From positions 1 through 61,319 of the IMG/VR virus record IMGVR_UViG_3300020045_016338: a stretch of 61,319 nt of DNA, one strand, 5' to 3'. Within the stretch, counting starts at the first letter, position 1, and every line of letters begins with the position of its first letter. The translations under genes and the position numbers were made by a program. Source of the stretch: a virus (taxonomy: Duplodnaviria; Caudoviricetes). The notes below the pieces were generated by a model that saw only the letters and a list, made by a program, of their open reading frames with translations, was not told the DNA's origin and did no database searches. Shown here in pieces: positions 38,165-46,317 of the stretch.

Positions 38165-40573
38165 CTAAATTAAAAGATGGGCGGAGTCTTCCAGAAACTT
38201 CGATAGCTTGTCCATCGAACCCCAGCGCATTCCCGCTTTACAGTCTGCTTGGAACGGAATACGAGTAATGCCCCAATCAATTGGTACCTGTTCCATCTCC
38301 GCTTTGGTAATAGCAGCGGCTTGTCGTATAATCTCACGATCCAGGGGAGCTTCCAGAATAACCGAGTCGTGTACGGTGTTGACGATCGTAGTGTCATATT
38401 CCTCTTTAAGACGCCTCTGTACACGCATGCCTCCATGGATTGTAATGGTACTGGCAGTACTCTGATGCGGGAAGTTGGCGGCTTCATTTTGCATGCCGAC
38501 CAAAACTTCCGGCGATACAATTTGGAACCTCTTTTTATGGCCGAAACATGTTACCAGATTTTGCCCGCGCAATGGAGCATTTCGGCACAGCTCGATAAAT
38601 TTCCAGGCGTCAGGAAACTTTCTGGCCCAACCACTTAACATACGAGCCGCTTCCTGTGGTGTATCTTCAATTTGTTCCGCAAGCCCAAACGATGTAATGC
38701 CATAGACGATACCGAAGTTGACGTTCTTGGAACGCATCTTCTGCTCTTCGACGATACGGTCAATCGGATTGGCTTCAGAGATGTACCATTTATTTCGGTA
38801 CTTCTCGATAAGGTGCTCGTCCCAGTCTGATGCCATCCCGTAAAGTTCTTTGCGCACTTCTTCGTGCAGGCCTTTAGAGTCGGGGTCAACGTAGATGTTG
38901 CAGAGAGCCTCATCGCCTGATAGCGCGGCCAGCGAACGAAGCTCCGCCTGGTTAAGGTCGACTTCGATAAAGCAATATCCTGGTCTGGGAATAAACTGAC
39001 CACGTAGAGCGGGGTCGCGTGGAATGTTTTGAAGGTTTGGATCGCGGCATGCGAGACGACCCGTAGCAGTGCCGTGAAGAAGGTATGACGGGTGTACGCG
39101 GCCATCCGAGGCGATGTTCTCGAGAGCAGGCGTGACATAAGTAGTTAATCCTTTGTTGATTTTCCGGTACTTGCGAAGCGCAAGAACTACTGGGACATCA
39201 GGAAGCTTGTCAAGCGTCTTAGCGTCGGTACTTCTTTCCTTCGAAGGTATTTTGAGCGTATTATACAGTAGGTCAACAAGCTGTGCAGGGGAGTTGGGAT
39301 TGATTGGACCGTAACCTGAATCAATAGCGATCTGGTTGATTGTATCGCGATGCCCCTGCGCACGACTACCATAGTCTGCTGCATTCTCGGCTACTCGCTG
39401 TGTGTCAACCATCATCCCACACTTTTCGATCTCTGCCAAGTAATGCGAGGCAGGAATCAAGGTTTTCGTGTAGAGTCTCTCACTTCCCTTATCAGCCGCC
39501 ACAAGTGGACGGAGAACTCCATGCAAATTGAAAGTATTGGCAATATCGTATACCATGTACTTAAAAAGTACTGGCCAAGGAATTACATCATAGGAATCAT
39601 TCTTCTTCTTGTGCTGGTCGAGTACGCCTTTCCAATCAGGGCTTCCCAACCAATCAGAGGAGAGTGTTTCAAGGTCGTGTATACCTCGAGTCTCATCCAA
39701 TGAATAGGATTGAAGCATTGTGTCTTCATCAACACGAGCTTGTTGTCCAATCGCGTGGTAGAACTTGACGTCGAACTTGCCATTCTGCCAGCAGTATTGA
39801 ACCTTCTCTTTCGGTTCATCCCACATAGGTGCAAGGTTCTTGGTAAAGTTTTGTGTCTGGGAAATATCCCGCTTCTTACCTGGAATAACATATACATGTT
39901 TACCGTCGAGCGAGAATCCCTGACATAAGATATGATTGTCAAGGAATGAGAATCCGCTTGTTTCAACGTCTCCCGCAATCAGTCCTTCATGCTTGCGAAC
40001 AAGTCCCAGGAAATGATTGACATGATGAATGCTCTTGCAAATCTCCCAGGTAGGATATTCGAATACTCTCGGTTTCCCACCATTTGCCAAACGCATCGCA
40101 TAGGCAACATCCATCTTGAACTGCCGAAACGACCCATTACCTCTCAACAAATATGCAGGATGGGTAGCTGCTACGATTCCCACTTCAGCGAGTGGACTTT
40201 CAAAGAGTTGACCACGAACTTTGGTAATCTTGAGAGAATGGTCTCCCGTCAGTGCCCAGAGAGCTGCATTACCTAATGCTAGAATAACTCGTCGCGGATG
40301 CTTCTTTACTTCTGCCTGTACGTCCTTACGATATTGTTCCACAAGATTGTGGACTTTTTCCTGTTTGCTATCCTTATTATCCCCTTGTACCATGTGGGGA
40401 ATAACGTTAGTAAAGAAAGGAGCAGGATACTCTGCATACTGCTTTAGTGCTTCTTCCAGAATCATACCAGAGGGCCCAACGAAGGGCAGTTTCTGCTTCA
40501 TTTCTTGTGTACCGGGAGCTTCGCCTATAATCAGAAACGACGAATCCTCAGGCCCTTTGGTATAATGTGGCAT
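38165..40573 (-). CDS. Family A DNA polymerase with N-terminal uracil-DNA-glycosylase-like domain
   Basis: GEAPG..E...PFVGPSG and HPAYLLR (UDG); DVET, NGKFD (3'-5' exo); TGRL, DLNQAELR, K.VNFGIVYG, VHDS (PolA). Confidence 0.95.
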   Translation of the reverse strand: MPHYTKGPEDSSFLIIGEAPGTQEMKQKLPFVGPSGMILEEALKQYAEYPAPFFTNVIPHMVQGDNKDSKQEKVHNLVEQYRKDVQAEVKKHPRRVILALGNAALWALTGDHSLKITKVRGQLFESPLAEVGIVAATHPAYLLRGNGSFRQFKMDVAYAMRLANGGKPRVFEYPTWEICKSIHHVNHFLGLVRKHEGLIAGDVETSGFSFLDNHILCQGFSLDGKHVYVIPGKKRDISQTQNFTKNLAPMWDEPKEKVQYCWQNGKFDVKFYHAIGQQARVDEDTMLQSYSLDETRGIHDLETLSSDWLGSPDWKGVLDQHKKKNDSYDVIPWPVLFKYMVYDIANTFNLHGVLRPLVAADKGSERLYTKTLIPASHYLAEIEKCGMMVDTQRVAENAADYGSRAQGHRDTINQIAIDSGYGPINPNSPAQLVDLLYNTLKIPSKERSTDAKTLDKLPDVPVVLALRKYRKINKGLTTYVTPALENIASDGRVHPSYLLHGTATGRLACRDPNLQNIPRDPALRGQFIPRPGYCFIEVDLNQAELRSLAALSGDEALCNIYVDPDSKGLHEEVRKELYGMASDWDEHLIEKYRNKWYISEANPIDRIVEEQKMRSKNVNFGIVYGITSFGLAEQIEDTPQEAARMLSGWARKFPDAWKFIELCRNAPLRGQNLVTCFGHKKRFQIVSPEVLVGMQNEAANFPHQSTASTITIHGGMRVQRRLKEEYDTTIVNTVHDSVILEAPLDREIIRQAAAITKAEMEQVPIDWGITRIPFQADCKAGMRWGSMDKLSKFLEDSAHLLI

Positions 40574-40582
40574 TTTCTTCCC

Positions 40583-40900
40583 CTAGATGAAATGAATTAC
40601 TTGTTCTTCGCCGTGTATAATCTTGGTCCGAAGGAGATAGTCGATATATTCTCTAACCCGCGGATTATAAGAATCTTCCGGAATGTTAAAGAACACTACC
40701 CGTTTGACTCTACTACCAGCTAGTCCTGCATATCGTGAGATATAACGGGCATTAACGTGTGGAATAGCTCGAGCAACTATGTCACGATGGGTTTCATTCT
40801 CGCAGACATAAAGACACTCCCATATACCATCAGGCGGCTTTCCGTAGGGAGCTTCCGAAGTACGCGGCAATGTCAGCGATAGTTTCCCCTCGCCTATCAT
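40583..40900 (-). CDS. Hypothetical protein
   Basis: ATGA coupling to the upstream gene. Confidence 0.6.
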   Translation of the reverse strand: MIGEGKLSLTLPRTSEAPYGKPPDGIWECLYVCENETHRDIVARAIPHVNARYISRYAGLAGSRVKRVVFFNIPEDSYNPRVREYIDYLLRTKIIHGEEQVIHFI

Positions 40901-41679
40901 TGTGCCACCCAACGGATCATCTGCCGGTAGTTCTCCAGCATCAGCTCGTTAAACTTGGTATTCGGATCATCCCACCATTTTCCGCGGGAAGGAAGATCGG
41001 CATCAAGACCCATTGACATCCGGAGGCCGAGCGAAGCCGCACGAATAGGGACCGCTGAATCAATACCGGAGACGGCATGATGGCGAGCGGAAAGGACATC
41101 GTCAACGATATCATCGGAGAAGCCCAGAAGGTGTATATTACGATGCTTATTAAGCACTCTGACAATATCGATTGCTTCACGACGTGACCCCAATCCTTTG
41201 ATGTTGTAGTTGCGCGGAATACCCCACCAGCCAATACGCATATCGTCGGCGAAAGCTTCTGCACAACGAGCAAACTCACCAGGCGTCTTGCCTTGCGGAA
41301 CAATCATGAACGAATATTCGAACAGTCTGTTGCCGAAATATGCCGTCCAGATATCGAGAGCGGCCAAACAAGAATCAATCGTTGCATCGCAATCCAGCAA
41401 TACATCCGGCAGAACGATGACATTGGCTCCAACAATTTTGGCAGCTTCGAGAACTACTGCCTTGTCAACAGCATGCCCGAGTTCAATGACGGAGTTGTCG
41501 AGGATGATAGTCTTGGAGAAATATTTGCTGAACTGCTTGAAGGTTTCAGCATATTCTTTTGGATGCGCCAATACATCATGTGCCAACGGCAGATGATATG
41601 CAACAGCACTGGATAGCTTTGAACGCGCTAACAACTTATCCAGAATGTGAATAGGGCAGACAGGTGCGAATCTCGCCAT
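40897..41679 (-). CDS. Divergent TGT/DpdA-like TIM-barrel protein (putative deazaguanine transglycosylase)
   Basis: ILDNS, LPDV, VPQG, IHLLG, GIDS in the order of TGT-family motifs; adjacent to queE. Confidence 0.6.
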   Translation of the reverse strand: MARFAPVCPIHILDKLLARSKLSSAVAYHLPLAHDVLAHPKEYAETFKQFSKYFSKTIILDNSVIELGHAVDKAVVLEAAKIVGANVIVLPDVLLDCDATIDSCLAALDIWTAYFGNRLFEYSFMIVPQGKTPGEFARCAEAFADDMRIGWWGIPRNYNIKGLGSRREAIDIVRVLNKHRNIHLLGFSDDIVDDVLSARHHAVSGIDSAVPIRAASLGLRMSMGLDADLPSRGKWWDDPNTKFNELMLENYRQMIRWVAQ

Positions 41680-41684
41680 GTATA

Positions 41685-41897
41685 TTACTCCTCATTGAAG
41701 TCTGTGCTGACTTCCGCTTGAATTGCAGTTTCGATAGATTCCAGCTGTACTTTGAGCGTACCGATTCGGACCAAAGCATCGGGGTAATTAAAGCTCTCGA
41801 GCATGTCGAGAATTTCATCACATGCCTCTTTGATATCCTCTAGTACATCCTCAGCCAGAAATGCATTGGCATTGTCATTTTCCTCTTTATCAGTCAT
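41685..41897 (-). CDS. Small acidic protein
   Basis: 20 D/E against 4 K/R in 70 aa. Confidence 0.65.
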   Translation of the reverse strand: MTDKEENDNANAFLAEDVLEDIKEACDEILDMLESFNYPDALVRIGTLKVQLESIETAIQAEVSTDFNEE

Positions 41898-41900
41898 GCG

Positions 41901-42686
41901 TTACACTCCCATCTTGTTTGCCCAGATCAGCGTATGCAGCTGGGGCAGAAAACGGAATTTAGATAGGATTGGGTCGTGTTGAATATCCTCGTAGAGAACC
42001 CGGAAAGAGCTTAATAACCCCTTTACGAGTTCATCGTTGGTAATACCGTCATCGAGCCCTGGAGGATAAGTGTTGCCGAGCGATAGAAACCACTCATCTG
42101 CAGCAAACACATTTTCAAATTCTCGGAATATTTCTTTTGCGAAGTCTAAATCTCGCTGGTCGAAGACTACGATCTTCATGCAACGCTTTTTCATCATCGA
42201 AGAAGTCGCTTGCACAAAGTCACGCAACACCTTGATATTAGTAACTTCTCCCATTCCCGGACCTTTAGGAGAGATAGTCAAGTAATCGACTTCATTGACC
42301 CACATTGGTGACAGCGTCCCCTGCGTTTCAACATTGATCTTCATACCTTGATACTGCAGGAGATCGACGAGTCGCATAAGTCCGTGGATACAAGGATTGC
42401 CTCCAGAGAAGGTCACCCAAGATGGTCCAGGCTTATCATCAATATGTTTCCATAATGCTGCAGCAATTTCATCTTGCGTCAACATCATCGCATTGGCTTT
42501 AACGCTCCTAGGGTCTACCGCATGCATCGAATCGCACATAGCGCAGCGATAATCACACAACCCAAAGCGAAGGAAATATGTCTGGTAACCAACTTGTGCC
42601 CCTTCGCCTTGCACAGTCGGTCCGAAGATTTCCATCAACGGAATCTTCTTCTGCGGGATCATGTTGTCTTCGCTTTGTGTGCCCAT
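41901..42686 (-). CDS. queE: 7-carboxy-7-deazaguanine synthase (radical SAM)
   Basis: EIFGPTVQGEG, CDYRCAMCDS, SGGNP, ETQG, SPK, LPQLH. Confidence 0.95.
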   Translation of the reverse strand: MGTQSEDNMIPQKKIPLMEIFGPTVQGEGAQVGYQTYFLRFGLCDYRCAMCDSMHAVDPRSVKANAMMLTQDEIAAALWKHIDDKPGPSWVTFSGGNPCIHGLMRLVDLLQYQGMKINVETQGTLSPMWVNEVDYLTISPKGPGMGEVTNIKVLRDFVQATSSMMKKRCMKIVVFDQRDLDFAKEIFREFENVFAADEWFLSLGNTYPPGLDDGITNDELVKGLLSSFRVLYEDIQHDPILSKFRFLPQLHTLIWANKMGV

Positions 42687-43204
42687 TATACTGCCCTCAA
42701 CGAAGACTGATTGACTGGAGTTGCTGGTACTCGAATGACTTTCGCCGAGTTACCAGCATGTTCGCGAACTTCCACCTGTGCCAATACACAGCGGGGGGCA
42801 TAGCCATTAGAGGTCAGCCACATATCGGCGTAATGCCAGATTGCTTCAGCGAACTTTTCGCATCCGCAAGCAGGTAAGATCCGCATGTCGATGATTTTGG
42901 CCTCGTGCATTTCGAGGAAAGTACCCAACTTGGGATCATCCTCGGCAATTACGGTCTTATGGTCGAAAGTATCTTCCAGCCACCCCTTGAGGGATTTAAG
43001 ACTTCCGAAATCAACCACCCAGTTACGTGCATCCAACTCTGTCGCCTCGAACGTAAAGATAACTTCCAGGCTGTAGCCGTGGAGGAATCGGCAATGCGAT
43101 TCAGCGCGCCACTGGCGAAAACAGCAAGAAAGACCTACACTGTGTGTGTAAGTCTTCGTTGACTGGTATTTCAAGGTTGGTTCTGCTTCTGCGTCGTTAC
43201 CCAT
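42686..43204 (-). CDS. queD: 6-carboxytetrahydropterin synthase
   Basis: HCRFLHGY, WVVDFG.LK, FDH, V.V.E motifs. Confidence 0.92.
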   Translation of the reverse strand: MGNDAEAEPTLKYQSTKTYTHSVGLSCCFRQWRAESHCRFLHGYSLEVIFTFEATELDARNWVVDFGSLKSLKGWLEDTFDHKTVIAEDDPKLGTFLEMHEAKIIDMRILPACGCEKFAEAIWHYADMWLTSNGYAPRCVLAQVEVREHAGNSAKVIRVPATPVNQSSLRAV

Positions 43205-43442
43205 TGTAGGGCTCCCACTCCTGCTGATTCGGTACAATCGCTACCGAAAAGATTTCTTTATAGACGTGCGATCGGAGCCGCGAAATAACTCCGTCGTCGG
43301 GCTTTTCGATATTGACATACACATCATTGACATACGCGAATATGCGAGTACCGAAAATGAGCACATCAGGATTCACCGTGAATGGGGCGAGCACAATACG
43401 CTTTACCAAATGCCCCGAATCTGTAAGTAGGGTTGCATACAT
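43197..43442 (-). CDS. Hypothetical protein
   Basis: AGGAG RBS; between queC and queD. Confidence 0.6.
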   Translation of the reverse strand: MYATLLTDSGHLVKRIVLAPFTVNPDVLIFGTRIFAYVNDVYVNIEKPDDGVISRLRSHVYKEIFSVAIVPNQQEWEPYNG

Positions 43443-43507
43443 GACATTCTCCTGTTGAAAAGGAAAGAGCCTAGGCCACTTCTAGCCCAGACTCACCGCT
43501 ACCTCAC

Positions 43508-44359
43508 TTAGGCAGCATACACTGTGGGATCAGGAACGCCGGCGCAGACGAATGCGTTCTTGCGAGCACGACACGTCGGGCACTTGCCGCAATGGATCTC
43601 GCCGTTATCGTAGCAAGACCAGGTATCGCCCCAACGAACACCGCACTTCTCGCCGAGAGCAACAACTTCAGCCTTCTCGAGCCACTGCAATGGCGTCGCC
43701 AACCGAATCGTATTGTAGGAGCCCGTGTAGATCGCGTTGGCCATGCTCCCATTGAATTCCGGCGTGCAATCAGGATATGCCCAGTTCGCAGAGTCTTCAG
43801 CGTGAGCACCATAATAAATAGTCACCAAATCTTTGGCTTCCTCGGTCGCTATCTGCTTGGCTTCCGGATTCCCTTCCCACAGTGCTTCTTCCTTCGCAAT
43901 CTCGGCGTTAACGTACCGCTGAGCGAAAGCCGTCAAGGCCGACAACATCAGACCGTTGCGAAAAGGAACGTAGGATGGCGAGACACCCTTCAGCTCGGAG
44001 TAGTCCTTGTCAACCATGTCCATCGTGCCGACAGATTCTGCCGACAGAAGAATTTCCTTGCCGGAGAGAAGATTGCCGATGTCGAGAATCGTATGCTTGA
44101 TGCCGAGACGCTTGCAGGTATCAGCTGCGAAGATCAGTTCACGCTTGTGACGTTGACCGTAGTTGATGGAGACCGCTTCGACCCAGGGGATCTCAACGTG
44201 ACTTCCATCATGCTTCCGAAGAGTTTCGGCGATGATGTCTTTGTCACCATAGCTGAATTCGATACCAGGATCTTCCGGCATGTTGTCGAAGATGGCCTTG
44301 TGCAGGCATGTGGTGGAATCAAGACCACCGGAGAGAAGAACGAATGCTTTCTTTTGCAT
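43508..44359 (-). CDS. queC: 7-cyano-7-deazaguanine synthase
   Basis: SGGLDSTT, YGQRH, YVPFRN, YPDC, TWSCY...CG.CPTC..R. Confidence 0.96.
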   Translation of the reverse strand: MQKKAFVLLSGGLDSTTCLHKAIFDNMPEDPGIEFSYGDKDIIAETLRKHDGSHVEIPWVEAVSINYGQRHKRELIFAADTCKRLGIKHTILDIGNLLSGKEILLSAESVGTMDMVDKDYSELKGVSPSYVPFRNGLMLSALTAFAQRYVNAEIAKEEALWEGNPEAKQIATEEAKDLVTIYYGAHAEDSANWAYPDCTPEFNGSMANAIYTGSYNTIRLATPLQWLEKAEVVALGEKCGVRWGDTWSCYDNGEIHCGKCPTCRARKNAFVCAGVPDPTVYAA

Positions 44360-44397
44360 GGGCTTGTTCCCTTATTGTTTTGGGTTGTGGAGTGGGC

Positions 44398-44688
44398 CTA
44401 CTCGAGGTCTCGGGTGGAGAAGTTCCGAGGAGGTCCGTTTTCTCTATGAGTTACTGGGGGAGTATTCGCATTCCCCTGCTCAAGATACCGCCGGAGTTCA
44501 TCTTCGTAGATGATCCAAGACCCACCTAGCTTGACACTGTGGAAGTGGGCTTGGAGCCGATGCTTCCGTATTGTCTGGTATGTGACCCCCAGGGCTTTCG
44601 CCAGATTGTTGAGGGTCACATACTTTCGGCCGAGCAGCTCTTCCAATGGCAGCTTCTCAAGCACACTAGTCGGCTTGAGCTCTTCCAT
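44398..44688 (-). CDS. Excisionase/MerR-like HTH protein
   Basis: LAKALGVTYQTIRK...KLGGSW.I. Confidence 0.75.
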   Translation of the reverse strand: MEELKPTSVLEKLPLEELLGRKYVTLNNLAKALGVTYQTIRKHRLQAHFHSVKLGGSWIIYEDELRRYLEQGNANTPPVTHRENGPPRNFSTRDLE

Positions 44689-44699
44689 TGCGGATGTTC

Positions 44700-45188
44700 T
44701 TAGAAGAACGAGTCGCCGGAGGGAGCACCACCTTCAGCGGGAGCCAGGATCGACTGGATACGTGCCTGGGGTTCGCCGTTGTAGTCTTCGTGCTTGATCT
44801 TCAGGCGCACAGCCTTGCCCAGGAGAATGCCGTCATCGGCGATCTTCTGCGGATTGAAGGGGCCGGCAAAGATGGTCGGATCGATGCGATTGAGGGCCGT
44901 CTTCGTACCGGCAAGCGCGGCCGCGGAGAAGGAAGCGTAGAAGTAGAGCTTGCGACCGTTGTAGTCGCCGCCGTTGATCTCGAACTGAAACTCGAACATC
45001 GGCTTGCCGGAGTTCTTCGAAATCTTGTATTCGCAGGAATCGACGACAGCGTCGTAGATGCCTTTGGGAATCGCCTCGAAGCGCATTTCCTCGATATTGG
45101 AAAGGTCGATCATGACGCTGCCGCCATCTTCGAATACTGCCGAGGAATATGTGTCTTCAGAGACTTCAGCTGCTTTGGTCTTGGCCAT
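44700..45188 (-). CDS. Single-stranded DNA-binding protein (DUF669-like)
   Basis: IPKGIY.A, SKNSGKPM, Y.GRKL; aromatic tail GDSFF. Confidence 0.75.
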   Translation of the reverse strand: MAKTKAAEVSEDTYSSAVFEDGGSVMIDLSNIEEMRFEAIPKGIYDAVVDSCEYKISKNSGKPMFEFQFEINGGDYNGRKLYFYASFSAAALAGTKTALNRIDPTIFAGPFNPQKIADDGILLGKAVRLKIKHEDYNGEPQARIQSILAPAEGGAPSGDSFF

Positions 45189-45333
45189 GGAAAATTCCTT
45201 TTGTTGGCTTTCGTTTCGTTGCTTTGTTGCGAGGTTTCGGTAAGCGAACCTAATCACTAGTTCCCTGGAGAGCCTCTTCCAGTATAGGGTAACGTCAGCG
45301 CTGTCACGGCCCGAATCGTTTGGCTGCTAACGC

Positions 45334-45350
45334 TACCGCTACTGCACTCA
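45334..45350. repeat. Dispersed repeat, copy 3 (17 bp)
   Basis: TACCGCTACTGCACTCA. Confidence 0.85.
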
Positions 45351-46313
45351 CTTCAACAGTTTGATGTCCTTCATGATGGAGGCCATCGACGGATTGTCGA
45401 AGTAAGGATGGGGGTAAACAGAGCGCCGATTCTTGGCGTCGAATTTGGGGCCGGACGAAATCGGCTGGATGTAAACACGCCGAGCTGCTTCGATTTGACC
45501 TTCAGGAACCGCACCAACAGTAATCCAGCCGACGATGTCGACAAATCCCTGCACTTGCGCCGAAAGCTTGCCGGTAAGAGCAGGAGTGTAGTGGTGGCGC
45601 TTCTGTTCGTCTTGGGTATACTGCTCAGCGCATGTCATGAGCACATGCATCGGCAGATTGCGAAAGGCACGAACCAGCAGTTTGACCATTTCGTTGTTTT
45701 TGCGGAACTCAGGCCAACCAGCGGTATCGATGTCTTCGTGAATGACTTTCTCGGAATCGATGCCAAGAATACCGTAGGTGCAATAGACCTCGATTTCAGT
45801 CAGCGAATCCAGGATGACGGTACGGAAACGTGGCGCCACAGGAATCTCGGCAAGCGGAATACCCGAGACCTGGGAATACAGCTGCTTCATCTTGACTTCG
45901 TCGTTGCGGTCACGAGCAGCACAGTAGGCTGTCAGAAACTCGTTAATCTGGGCGACTGCCTTGAAAGTCGTCACCTTGATTTCGAAGATGCCTTCAGGAT
46001 TCTTGATGCGAGGCGAATCGGCGATTGTCATCGAGCCGGATTCTGCCGAAATCAGAAGGACATCACACATCTCGGGAACATCGACAGCTGTTGCGAACAG
46101 TTCTGTTTTGCCGGCGCCATGACGCCCGTAGACGATCATCTTGATCCAACGTTCCACACTGTGAAATGGCTTGATTTGAAAAGGTGCGTTGACTACGCGA
46201 TGAGCATTCGTAGCCTTCGAAGGATCCCCACTGTTGGGGTTCACGGCCTGCGCAGAGACATTCGTATTCGGAGCGGATGCCGGCTTTGGCATCGCAGCAT
46301 TGACTTCAGCCAT
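45348..46313 (-). CDS. Sak4-like AAA ATPase/recombinase
   Basis: YGRHGAGKT, VILDSLT, AKNR; between exonuclease and SSB. Confidence 0.8.
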   Translation of the reverse strand: MAEVNAAMPKPASAPNTNVSAQAVNPNSGDPSKATNAHRVVNAPFQIKPFHSVERWIKMIVYGRHGAGKTELFATAVDVPEMCDVLLISAESGSMTIADSPRIKNPEGIFEIKVTTFKAVAQINEFLTAYCAARDRNDEVKMKQLYSQVSGIPLAEIPVAPRFRTVILDSLTEIEVYCTYGILGIDSEKVIHEDIDTAGWPEFRKNNEMVKLLVRAFRNLPMHVLMTCAEQYTQDEQKRHHYTPALTGKLSAQVQGFVDIVGWITVGAVPEGQIEAARRVYIQPISSGPKFDAKNRRSVYPHPYFDNPSMASIMKDIKLLK

Positions 46314-46317
46314 TTTG

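Noticed and set aside
34577-40573. 2-aminoadenine (Z) genome system
   Set aside because: No PurZ/PurA-like gene in the window; the que genes point to guanine modification
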